Below are positions 47,345-59,660 of a DNA stretch of 64,000 bases, piece after piece (position 1 is the first letter of the stretch; each line of letters starts with the position of its first letter). This DNA is from Mustelus asterias (taxonomy: Eukaryota), in assembly GCF_964213995.1 (NCBI RefSeq), contig NC_135801.1:134354001-134418000 (forward strand), read 5' to 3'. A program made the translations under genes and the position numbers. Under the pieces are notes generated by a model, which was given only the letters and a program-made list of their open reading frames with translations, was not told the origin of the DNA and did no database searches.

Positions 47345-48123
47345 GCTCCACCACTTTGTTGAATTTAATTTCAAAAATGATTAAACTGAGAAACAATCCT
47401 CCAGCCATCACCCCCTGCATCTCCCTACACTACCCATACCACATCCATATGAACCTATGCTACCTCATGCCCCCACCTACCCCCATTGTCCCTCATATCC
47501 CATATGGCAACCCATGCTCCTTTACCGACCCCATGGCCCCTCATACCTAATATGCCAACTCATACCCCTCTCCACAACCTCAAGACCCACCTTTGTACAT
47601 CCCCATGACCATTTATAGTTCCTGTACCAACAGTGTCAAATTATGTCACCCCATGCCCCCATCCCACCGCCCATTACCCTTACCCTCGCCATGCCTAGTA
47701 CCCACCATGAGCAAATCTCAGGAGCCATGCTGACATGAAATAAAGTTGTGTCTATTGATGATATCACTATTTAAAAAAAATATTTATAAAAAAACATTCA
47801 ATACATAGAAATTCCTTCAACTAATTGCTGTTATAAGCAAATATTTCTGTCCTATAACCACTTGGAACTGTCAGTCAAACTCCTCATATAACAGGTACTA
47901 CGCTGTCATAATGTTAGTTTGTAAAATCAGTGTTTGTAACACAAGTCCTATAAAGATAGTCCGAAGGCTCATGTTAACAGACAAAATGAAATATCAAGCA
48001 TTGATTTATTTTGAACTCCAGATTGTTTTTTGTAAGCAGAGTTAAATCCATTGGCAACCTTCACATTTCCATTGAGTGTAAAAAGTTCCAATGAGTTTTG
48101 AAAGATTTTTGTTAGCTTTGACT

Positions 48124-48299
48124 GTTCTTTGACAGCTTGACAGTTGTTCGACAGCGCTGACTATTCTTTGACAGCTTGACAGTTATTTGAAGTTTTGCCA
48201 GTTCTTTGACAGCTTGACAGTTGTTCGACAGCGCTGACTATTCTTTGACAGCTTGACAGTTATTTGAAGTTTCGCCGGTTCTTTGACAGCTTTGACAGG
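48124..48299 (+). repeat. 77-bp tandem repeat (about 2.3 units) rich in TGACAG
   Basis: Units start at 48124, 48201 and 48278. Confidence 0.92.
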
Positions 48300-51200
48300 T
48301 CCAAAGCGTTTACACACTTTTTATGGACAATCATGGCTTTTTTTAACAATCACAAAGGGTGCCATACCATCCCAAAGGGTGCTTTACTGCTCCCAAACTT
48401 GCCTGGGACCATATCCAAAGATATGGTACCATACCTCCCCAAAGGGGTATCTTGACTCTCCAAGTGAATTCATCAAGCTCAGACCAGCTCTTACCTGATC
48501 CAATTTGTACATGTTGGGTTCATACTCCTGGCCGACAAAAATCCCACTTCAGCCGAGGTAGCTGATGATTTACATGGTTTGCTGCCTCTGTAAACAATGC
48601 ATGTATGAACTCTGTCGTGATTCTGATCCCGTCCCCGCGAAAATAGGAAATGTCATTTTTGGGGGACATGGCTTAGAATATCAGGGCTTATCTGTCATTT
48701 TCATTACAATAGAGAGGTTCATAGTCATGGCAAAAATCTGGACAAAGGATGGGTTTTAACTGGGAGCCAGTGTAAGTCAATAAGAACAGGGGTGATGGTG
48801 AATGGAATTTGGTGTGAGTTGGGACACAGACTGCTGTGAAGTCAAGTTTATAGAACGTTGAAAGTAGGAAACCATTCAGGAGAGTTACGATAGTTAAGTT
48901 TAGAGGCAGCAAAAAAAAAGAGTGAGAGTTTCAGCAGTAGGTGAGCCGATGTAGGGATAAAGACTGATAATGTTACAGAGGTGAAATGATTACTTTTCTA
49001 ATGTATCACAATTATAAATTTCTCACATTCGAAAAAAATAAAGTCATGCAGCCCAGCGGTTATTCATGTGTCTTTTCTAACAGTGCACAGAAACAGTGCA
49101 TTTAGCTTGACTGACCCATGTTGGTATTTATGCTGCACTTGAGCCTCCTCCCACTTCACCTCTTCTATCTCTCTCAGCACATTTCTCCCTCATCTGTTTA
49201 TCTAGCTTCACCTTAAATGTATCTATGCTGTATGCCTCAGTTACTTCTTGAGGTAGCAGCTTCAACATTCTAACCACTAGTTTCGTATTATCTTTGTTAT
49301 GAAACACAGTTTGAAGTTAATTCTGTTCCTAATGTTTATTCAAACTAATTCTTTATTTGTGGCTGTATATATTTTGTAAATCCATCACACCTCTTGCCTG
49401 GCTTTGGACTTGATCCAAACTTAGTGACCATACTTGCTCAATGTTGACTCCTCTGCACTGCCGACTGTTCTCCTTCATGGCAAGGGGCCAGGAAAGAATT
49501 GGCACTAGTACTTGAAGCTGTTGTGTGAGATGTCCCACACACTCAGATGACAAATTCTACTTCTGCGTTTTCCTGTGGATGTCAATGTAGCAAATACCAG
49601 GAAATAGATTCGCAATTCCTGGAAACTGTCTGACAATCTTGAAGGGTTGGCAGTCTTAATGTTCATATTGAACCCACATGGCTTCATAACTGGAGTTGTG
49701 GCAAGACACTGCAGAACCTTAAAGAAATTAAAATTGGACCTTGGGCCTCATTTAAATTATACTGTAAAGCTGAAGGTGTATGCTGGGTATTCTATCCCTC
49801 GCAAGACAAACAGGGTGCTTTGTTTGCTTTTTTTAAGAAAAAATCTTTATAATTGCATCACTATTTTTACTTTCCCCAGATCCCTCAATTCCTCTACCCT
49901 ATAGACACTATTTTCCATGAACCTCTTCTTCTACACGCTCACTAGTTTTCAATGATACTTAGACCCCTACATTTCATTGCTTCGCTTTGCTCATTCATTA
50001 TTACAAAATAGTCTAATCTACCCTTTTTAAGCATAAATTCAATGTTCTTACACTTTTCCATATTGAACTCCATCAAAAGGTTTTACCTGTTCAATTAATC
50101 TATCAGGGTCCTTTTGAAATTTACTGTTCTCATCTGCACTATTTACTGTGTCATCTGACTTGATGTTATACGCAGAAATAGATATATGTCTAATCCCGAC
50201 CATCTAAGTTATTTATAATTAGAGTAAAATGTTGAGGCTGTAGCATAGTTCATTGGGGATGTCACTAGTTACATTTGAGGATATACTCATTAGCCCTGTT
50301 CTCTATCTTCTAATTTCTAACCAATTCCCTATTTATGTAAATAGGTTGCATCCAAGTAATTGCACTTCCCTTTTTGTTAGCAGTCTGTTAGAGAAGGGAG
50401 TATCAGAGTAGTCAAGTCCATGGGTGATGGGTTCCATAGCAAATGAGCTGAGGCAGGTTTAGAGACCATGTTAAGGATAGCTTGTTGATGGAGAGTATTT
50501 GAAATCATAAGCTCAGTTCAGAGTCAAATAGGATGCCAAGCAAATTACCATTTCATATGCACTTCACAGTTTTGTTTATTCTACTTCTATCTAGTACTTT
50601 ACACTTATTAAAATTGAATTTCATTTACTCCCACCTTACCCATTTATATAGCCTGTCCAAATTGCTCAGCGCACAATTTATCATCCACACATGTACATAC
50701 TTTGCAGAACATACTGTGCTCAAAGTCATTTACAAAAATTATAAACAATAGCAGCCTGAACACTGGAACTCTGCCAGTTTCCAGTTGATCCTTTCCATGC
50801 ACCATTTCAGTCTATTCAACTGGCACACACATTGTGCATTAGTCTGTTATGTAGGACAATATCAAAAACCTTACTGAAATCTAGGTGGATAACAGGAAAC
50901 ATCTCACTCTAATTCTCCTTAAAAATTTCAGTAAACTAGTCAAAAATTATTTGCTCCTTCTGAATCACTGCTGACTTTCCCTGATCAACCTTACAACCTT
51001 CCAAGTGGTCTCTTGGTATCCTCACTAACGTCTCGAACACTTTCTTCATAATTGAGCTAAGTCTTTATATTCCTCCTTACAACATTAAAAGCAACAACTT
51101 TATGATTACTAGATCCTCAAATGTTTGTTTTTCAACTTAGCTTATTACTTCATCCTAATTAGACAGAAGAAATTCCTGTACAGCATTGGCTTTGTAGGTG

Positions 51201-54200
51201 CACTCCCTACTATTTAAGAAAATATATTTCAAATATTTAAATAAACTCTTACATAAAAGTGGATAAATTACCCCAAATGTAATTCCCAATATATGTCAGG
51301 AAAATTAAAGTTTCCCTGTGATTACAGCTGGAGCATTGACACTGTTTTAAAGACTTTCACAGCAGTAATACATAGAACATAGAAAAGCTACAGCACAAAC
51401 AGGCCCTTTGGCCCACAAGTTGCCGAACATGTCCCTACCTACTAGGCTTACCTATAACCCTCTATCTTACTAACTTCCATGAACTTATCCAAAAGTCTCT
51501 TAAAAGACCCTATCGAATCCACATGTTTGTTTTATTTACTACAATGTGTAACATTATTTTCTAGACACAAAGAGATTTTTTGCAAAGTCTCCATTTCCTT
51601 TTTCTCAGAAATGCATTAACCTTCCTTGAGAAACAGTAACACCCTTCCCCCTCCCCCCCGCCCCCTTCTTTATGCTCCATGTGGAAAATCTATTTCTATA
51701 TTTGCACATTATTTGTCCACATCCATTTGCGAGGCGGGAAGAAAGGATAGTCATAGACATGTTATAAGAATGATTATGATGATTGTAAGCTACTGTAAAG
51801 TCATGAGCAACAGACTATTGGCATCCTTTTTAATGTCATGTCCCAGTATATTCTGAACTTCAAACTAATTTTTATATTTTTAAACTGACCACAAAAAACT
51901 TGCAAAAGATGGCCACCTGATAGTCGTCTGACTTCTTTTGTGGAATGAAACCATTCCTCTGTCTCAAGTGAGAAGGAAAGGAACCTTCGAGACTGACATG
52001 GAATCAATGCCTTTTCCTGAAACTAATTCAAAGGATAATGTCAAATTGAATGGGTGATTCAAATGCAGACACTAGCTGTCTCAAACTCCCAAGGTGTCAA
52101 ATGACAACACAAAATATGTACTCAATGTTACCATGGTTACTAAAGAACAAAGAACAAAGAACAATACAGCACAGGAACAGGCCCTTCGGCCCTCCAAGCC
52201 CGCGCCGCTCCCCGGTCCAGGATTGAATCCTGAATCCAGGATCCCCGCCCAATTTTCCAGCCTATCTACATACCAATATCCTATCCACCGAGCTGTCCCT
52301 CACAGCTACGATGCTTTGTTCATTACAACCTATTAACTTACCCCCACCCCCCCATTCCAGACCATGTGATCTCCAGGGAGAGGCGAAAACCCAGAGTGAA
52401 AAACCCCAGGGCCAATATGGGGAAAAAAAATCTGGGAAATTCCTCTCCGACCCCCTGAGGCGATCGAAACGAGTCCAGGAGATCACAATGGCCCCGATCG
52501 GAAAATGCTTCCCAACCCTAGTCATTTCCACTTCCACGAACACTGTGCCTGATTGACCTCTTGTGATCCCTTGTGCTATCCCAACCAAAATCTCAAACAC
52601 TTTCTCCACAATTGAGCTAATTGTCGTTATTATTGGTTCATTCCTCCTTTCAAACTTAAAAATAACAATTTTATTACCACACCCTCAAATCTTTGCCTTT
52701 TCAACTCAGCTTACTACTTTGTCCTAATTAGAGAGAAGAAAATCCAATACAGCATTCAACATCCTGAGGGTTACCATTCACCAAAAACTGAACTGGACTA
52801 GCCATAAAAATACTGTAGCTACCAGAGTGGGTCAAAGGTTAGAAATCCTGCACTGGATAATTCACCTCCTGACCCCGCTGAAGCCTGTCCACAGTCTACA
52901 AGGCACTAGTCAGGGGCTCTAACAACACCCAATAGGCTTGACACCATCCAGGATAAAGCAGCCATGCTTGATTGCTACCCTTACACAAACATTCAATCCT
53001 TCCACCATCAGCCAACAATGGCAGCTGTGTGTACCATCTACAAGATGCATTGCAGGAACTCACCAAGATTCCTTAGGCAGCACCTGCCAATCTAGAAGCA
53101 CAAGAGCAGGAGATACCTGGGAACATCACCACCTGGAGGTTCCCCTCCAAGTCACTCACCATCCTGACTTGGAAATATACTACTGTTCCTTCACTGTCGT
53201 TGGGTCAAAATCCAGGAATTCTCTTCCTAACAGTACTGCGGGTGCACCTACACCTCGGGGATTGTAGTGGTTCAAGAAGGCAGCTCACCACCACCTTCTG
53301 AAGGGCAACTAGGGATGAGCAATAAATGCTGGCCTAGCCAGTGCCGCCCACATCCAATAAATGAATAATAAAAAGGTGCTTTTGGAAAGTATTTTGAACT
53401 GATAAAAGGTCACAAAGTTTTCATAAAGGAAAGATTCAAGCACAATTGTAGGTAAAACAAACAAATAAATGCAATTTTTCACCTGTCCTATTGTTAGCAA
53501 GAGAGGTTGCGTCCAACTGTTCTTTAGCTCAGCATTGTTTTCTACTTCTTTCCATTAGTAAGATATTTTTTCTCCTTTTGTGTAATGCACCATGTACTGA
53601 GTTGATTCTTGGGCCAATGAATTTGTTTTTCTCATTTCATTTATTTCCCTTTCACTGTCTCCTCCTCTTTTCTCTTTTCTGACTCATATTGTTGCATTTC
53701 TCAGCTACATTAAATAATTGATGGCCACTTTTCATATCCTAGATATTTTACAGGGCACGTTAAGTTTGAGCATCATATAATTTTGTATCTGTATCCAGGG
53801 CTGAAAGTGATGCTAAGGTATACAAGATAAGGGCACTCCTAACATTGGGCAACATAATATCAGGGTCAATTGGCTTGTTAACAAGTTCAATTGAATCTTG
53901 TTTATTTATTTAAATACGGTGGATATGTTGTTGATCTTGTGCCCACCCAATACCCCACCAATATTACAGGGGGAACTCAGAGGTGGATGGGAAGGTGGTA
54001 GAGTTGGCACCTGCCCTATTTAACATTCCCTTCCTGCCAAATCATACCTGGCTAGGGCACGTAATATCTAGCCCATTAATTCAATAGAAATAAATGTTGA
54101 AGTGATCTTGATTAGGATTAAAGTTAAGGTTGTGTGGGCTGTTGGACTGAATAGCTTGCCCTTTTTGCAATCTTGTGGAGTCCATGGACCATGTCTGCGC

Positions 54201-54239
54201 TGCACTCCCTTTTTAGTCATTGAAAAAATCTTTTATTAA

Positions 54240-54648
54240 TGTTTTGTTTGCACTTCAGCCCCGACTGCTCCTGATATATGGGCACCTGGTGTGGACGACC
54301 TCCTCGTGAACCTACTCCTGAGCCTAGCCAAAAGCGCTATTAACAGGTCCAGGTGGAGGGTGAGGGGGTCGTCTAACTCAACTTTCTTCACCTCTACCAC
54401 GGTTATATTCACGGCTCGGTGTCCCAGGAGAGGGAGCGTGCAGTGTCTGAGGGCTCTATCGAGGCCTTCTGTGCTCATTGCAGGGACTGGGGTGTATTAT
54501 CCATCCCTTTAATCACATTTTGGTTTAATGTTCTTAACTTTCCTTTCTGCTTTGTTATTCTTTTGGGCAGTCCCCTTATTTTGGGGGTACTGCCCTTCTT
54601 GTTTTGTCCCTTAGTTTGTTCACTTTAGTTCAATTGATTTATCCAAAA
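54240..54648 (+). mobile_element. Tx1/L1-clade LINE 3' fragment
   Basis: DLLVNLLLSLAKSAINRSR resembles the Tx1-like ORF2 C-terminus; T-rich 3' UTR and short A tail. Confidence 0.6.
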
Positions 54649-55439
54649 AAGTGCTGTTGGGCTGACTGGCATTTATCCCATGCGGGCTCAAGGAAATAGG
54701 AGAGGTAGTTCATGTATTTAGTTGCTCCTGAAGGGAGGGCCTATTTTCAAATGGACGGAGGTGGGAGGTGGGGGGTGGGGGTGGGGGGGGGGGGGGGGGT
54801 TGGTGGTGGGCAGCTCTCATGAATGCAATATTTAAGGGTCAGAAAAGAAAAGCAACCCCGAAGAATTATCGGACATTATTTAAAAAAAAAATTCATTCAT
54901 GGGATGTGAATGTCATTAACAAGGCCAATATTTATTGTTCATCCTCAATTGCCTTTGAGAAAGTGGCAGTGAACCACTTTCCAGAACAGTTGTTCATCTG
55001 TTGAAGATATACTTATAGTACTCTTAGGAAGGGAATTCCATATTTTTGATATTGAAGGAATAGCAATATGGTTCCATGTCACAATTGTATGTAGTCTGGA
55101 GGGGAACCTGCGTGTTTTGATCATCCAGAGTCTGCTGTTCTTATCTTTTTATGTGATGAAGGGTGTGGGTTTGTAAAGCTGTTGAGGGAGCCTCAGTTGC
55201 TGCAGTGCATCTTGCAGATGATAAACAACAAGTCTACTGCGTGCTTTTGGGGCTATGTGGTTTCTGGATGGGTTGGGCCTAATGGGGTAGAAGGTGTTTT
55301 TCTCCCATATGCTTCTCTAGTTCCTCCTTTGCTGTTTCTGTCTCTTCTACTTCATTTCTCATTCTCTTTTTAAAATAATTTTCCAAAGTTCTCCTTATTA
55401 GTCGGTTTCACTTCTAACTCGTATTTCTTTCCATAACAC

Positions 55440-56618
55440 TGGTAACTGGCTGTCTGATCGAAGACAGAGGGTGGTGGTGGATGGAAAATTTTCAGATTGG
55501 AGGCAGGTTGCTAGCGGAGTGCCGCAGGGATCAGTGCTTGGTCCTCTGCTCTTTGTGATTTTTATTAATGACTTAGAGGAGGGGGCTGAAGGGTGGATCA
55601 GTAAATTTGCTGATGACACCAAGATTGGTGGAGTAGTGGATGAGGTGGAGGGCTGTTGTAGGCTGCAAAGAGACATAGATAGGATGCAAAGCTGGGCTGA
55701 AAAATGGCAAATGGAGTTTAACCCTGATAAATGTGAGGTGATTCATTTTGGTAGGACAAATTTAAATGTGGATTACAGGGTCAAAGGTAGGGTTCTGAAG
55801 ACTGTGGAGGAACAGAGAGATCTTGGGGTTCATATCCACAGATCTCTAAAGGTTGCCACTCAAGTGGATAGAGCTGTGAAGAAGGCCTATAGTGTGTTAG
55901 CTTTTATTAACAGGGGGTTGGAGTTTAAGAGCCGTGGGGTTATGCTGCAACTGTACAGGACCTTGGTGAGACCACATTTGGAATATTGTGTGCAGTTCTG
56001 GTCACCTCACTATAAGAAGGATGTGGAAGCACTGGAAAGAGTGCAGAGGAGATTTACCAGGATGCTGCCTGGTTTGGAGGGTAGGTCTTATGAGGAAAGG
56101 TTGAGGGAGCTAGGGCTGTTCTCTCTGGAGCGGAGGAGGCTGAGGGGAGACTTAGAACATAGAACATAGAACAGTACAGCACAGAACAGGCCCTTCGGCC
56201 CACGATGTTGTGCCGAGCTTTATCTGAAACCAAGATCAAGCCATCCCACTCCCTATCATCACTTAATAGAGGTTTATAAAATGATGAAGGGGATAGATAG
56301 AGTGAACGTTCAAAGACTATTTCCTCGGGTGGATGGAGCTATTACAAGGGGGCATTACTATAGGGTTCGTGGTGGGAGATACAGGAAGGATATCAGAGGT
56401 AGATTCTTTACGCAGAGAGTGGTTGGGGTGTGGAATGGACTGCCTGCAGTGATAGTGGAGTCAGACACTTTAGGAACATTTAAGCGGTTATTGGATAGGC
56501 ACATGGAGCACACCAGGATGATAGGGAGTGGGATAGCTTGATCTTGGTTTCAGATAAAGCTCGGCACAACATCGTGGGCCGAAGGGCCTGTTCTGTGCTG
56601 TACTGTTCTATGTTCTAA
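55440..56618 (+). mobile_element. Young CR1 LINE containing an inverted copy of its own family's 3' tail
   Basis: 232-aa RT ORF 55471-56169; insert 56155-56260 flanked by an ACTTA duplication. Confidence 0.95.
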
Positions 56619-56941
56619 CACTCTTTCCCTTTAATTCCTCTAGCCACATTGGGGCACTGTGGTGGTGTTTAGGCATTCCAGTGCAACATAAGAAATCTGG
56701 CATGATGATCCCTTATGAGTGAGAATAGCTTCCTAGTCGTTGTTCATAATCAAACAAGAACATTTTCCACTCAAACATTGTACTAGGAGTTCAAGACATT
56801 CATGTACTTAAGATGAAAGCTGGAGTCTCCAGGTCTGTCCTCTCTGGTCCTTGCAACTGACCTAAAACATCTAGACCCTTATACTCATCCCATCTCCTAA
56901 TATACAATTTGCTCCCCTAATTGTATGCTGTGCCCACATTA

Positions 56942-59090
56942 ATAAGGTTTGATAAGGTTCCCCCTGGTAAGCTATTGTAGAAAATACGGACACATGGGAT
57001 TGAGGGTGATTTAGTGGTTTGGATCAGGAATTGGCTAGCTGTAAGAAGACAGGGGGAGGTAGTTGATGGGAAATATTCATCCTGGAGTTCAGTTACTAGT
57101 GGCGTACCGCAAGGATCTGTTTTGGGGCCACTGCTGTTTGTCATTTTTATTAATGACCTGGATGAGGGCGTAGAAGGATGGATTAGTAAATTTGCGGATG
57201 ACACTAGTCGGTGGAGTTGTAGACAGTGCGGAGGGAAGTGGCAGGTTACAGAGGGACATAGATAAACTGCAGAGCTGGGCTGAGAGGTGGCAAATGGAGT
57301 TTAATGCGGAAAAGTGCGGTTACAAGTGGTGTACCTCAGGGATCTGTTTTGGGGCCACTGCTGTTTGTAATATTTATTAATGATCTGGATGAGGGTATAG
57401 TTGGGTGGATTAGCAAATTTGCTGATGACACCAAAGTCGGTGGTGTGGTAGACAGTGAGGAAGGGTGTCGTAGTTTGCAGGAAGACTTAGACAGGTTGCA
57501 AAGTTGGGCCGAGAGGTGGCGGATGGAGTTTAATGCGGAGAAGTGTGAGGTAATTCACTTTGGTAGGAATAACAGATGTGTTGAGTATAGGGCTAACGGG
57601 AGGACTTTGAATAGTGTGGAGGAGCAGAGGGATCTAGGTGTATGTGTGCATAGATCCCTGAAAGTTGGGAATCAAGTAGATAAGGTTGTTAAGAAGGCAT
57701 ATGGTGTCTTGGCGTTTATTGGTAGGGGGATTGAATTTAGGAGTCGTAGCGTTATGTTGCAACTGTACACAACTCTGGTGCGGCCGCACTTGGAGTACTG
57801 TGTGCAGTTCTGGTCCCCACATTACAGGAAGGATGTGGAGGCTTTGGAGAGGGTGCAGAGGAGGTTTACCAGGATGTTGCCTGGTATGGAGGGGAGATCC
57901 TATGAGGAGAGGCTGAGGGATTTGGGATTGTTTTCGCTGGAAAGGCGGCGGCTAAGAGGGGATCTTATTGAAACATATAAGATGATTAGAGGTTTAGATA
58001 GGGTGGATAGTGATAGCCTTTTTCCTCTGATGGAGAAATCCAGCACGAGGGGGCATGGCTTTAAATTGAGGGGGGGTAGTTATAGAACCGATGTCAGGGG
58101 TAGGTTCTTTACCCAGAGGGTGGTGAGGGATTGGAATGCCCTGCCAGCATCAGTAGTAAATGCGCCTAGTTTGGGGGCGTTTAAGAGATCCGTAGATAGG
58201 TTCATGGACGAAAAGAAATTGGTTTAGGTTGGAGGGTCACAGTTTTTTTTTTAACTGGTCGGTGCAACATCGTGGGCCGAAGGGCCTGTTCTGCGCTGTA
58301 ATGTTCTATGTTCTATGTTCTAAGTGTGAGGTGATTCACTTTGGAAGGAGTAACAGGAATACAGAGTACTGGGCTAATGGAAAGATACTTGGTAGTGTGG
58401 ATGAACAGAGGGATCTGGGTGTCCATGTGCATAGATCCCTGAAAGTTGGCACCCAGGTTGATAGGGTTGTTAAGAAGGCATATGGTGTGTTAGCTTTTAT
58501 TGGTAGACGGATTGAGTTTCGGAGCCAGGAGGTCATGCTGCAACTGTACAAAACTCTGGTGCGGCCGCACTTGGGAGTATTGTGTACAGTTCTGGTCGCC
58601 GCATTATAGGAAAGATGTGGAAGCGTTGGAAAGGGTGCAGAGGAGATTTACCAGGATGTTGCCTGGTATGGTGGGAAGATCGTATGAGGAAAGGCTGAGG
58701 GACTTGAGGTTGTTTTCGTTAGAGAGAAGGTTAAGAGGTGACTTAATAGAGGCATACAAGATGATCAGAGGATTAGATAGGGTGGATACTGAGAGCCTTT
58801 TTCCTCGGATGGTGATGGCTAACACCAGGGGACATAGCTTTAAATTGAGGGGTGAGAGATATAGGACAGATGTTAGAGGTAGGTTCTTTACTCAGAGAGT
58901 AGTAAGGGCGTGGAATGCCCTGCCTGCAGCAGTAGTGGACTGGTCAACATTAAGAGCATTCAAATGGTTATTGGATAAACATATGGATGATATTGGAATC
59001 GTGTAGATTAGAGGGGCTTTAGATTGGTTTCACTGGTCGGCGCAGCATCGAGGGCCGAGGGGCCTGTACTGCGCTGTAATGTTCTATGTT
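56942..59090 (+). mobile_element. CR1 LINE with a second, younger CR1 nested at 57317-58321
   Basis: The outer element breaks at MEFNAEK|C and resumes KCEVIHFG; AAGTG duplicated at 57312-57316 and 58322-58326; inner 307-aa ORF uninterrupted. Confidence 0.95.
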
Positions 59091-59329
59091 AACTGTCTTT
59101 AAAGCAAAATACTGGAAATCTGAAATACAAACAGAAAATGCTGGAAATACTCAAGATCATCGACCTAAAATTTTAACTTTCTCCCCAACCTGCTGAGTAT
59201 TTCTAACATTTTCTGTGAGTTTTTAAAGAAAAATATTGTTAACTTTCTGTTGTTGATCTTTATGGACGGATTAACACAAAAAGGTAACAGAATTGGACTG
59301 TTTGTTGGGTCAATGAGCGATGACTTGTC

Positions 59330-59660
59330 CTCCTGCAGCCTCCCCGCGATTACACTCCCAGCACAGGAAGATGCAACCACCCGGACTCGAGTGTCTGTGA
59401 CACCGGTGCAGCCGCTTTACCGTCCGGCACGGCGCTGAGATGGTGGCCCAGGTACAGCTCCCTCCCCCCCAGCCTCCCTCCCCCAGCTTCCCCCTCTCCC
59501 TGGTTCGGACCCTGTCAAAGACACGGAGCAGCACCCTGGCTGCAGTGCCTGGCTGGCGGCTGCTGCTGTTGGCGTGCAGGGGCCAGTGGCTCTAACTCTC
59601 CGGGGCCTGAGTCCTGGGGAAGACAGCTCAGCCTCAACCTGCCACACCGTCTCCCCCCTG
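59330..59660. promoter_or_regulatory. GC/CpG-rich promoter and first-exon island of MOCS2, possibly bidirectional
   Basis: Non-repetitive GC- and CpG-rich patch in AT-rich surroundings that contains the MOCS2A ATG; imperfect ZNF143/SBS-like ATTACACTCCCAGCA at 59349-59363. Confidence 0.65.
59440..59451 (+). CDS. MOCS2: MOCS2 exon 1 coding part (MOCS2A start, MVAQ)
   Basis: gagATGg start in a GC-rich island; ATG GTG GCC CAG then donor GTACAG; phase 0 joins the downstream MOCS2A exon, like the short M...Q first exon known for vertebrate MOCS2A. Confidence 0.75.

Larger units (their letters stand above)
47012..48743. mobile_element. TIR-bounded non-autonomous DNA element containing two tandem arrays
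   Basis: GCCCAGATTTTCGC ... GCAAAAATCTGGAC (14 bp, 2 mismatches). Confidence 0.65.

Noticed and set aside
47243-48299. Regular short repeats as a CRISPR-like array
   Set aside because: The units are directly adjacent with no unique spacers, there are no cas genes, and the context is eukaryotic.
7530-59006. Many reverse-transcriptase ORFs (e.g. 7530, 17934-19312, 42067, 55471, 57304) as a novel RT-based system
   Set aside because: All are 5'-truncated CR1 LINE ORF2 pieces with CR1 3' UTRs and microsatellite tails; this is ordinary shark repeat content.
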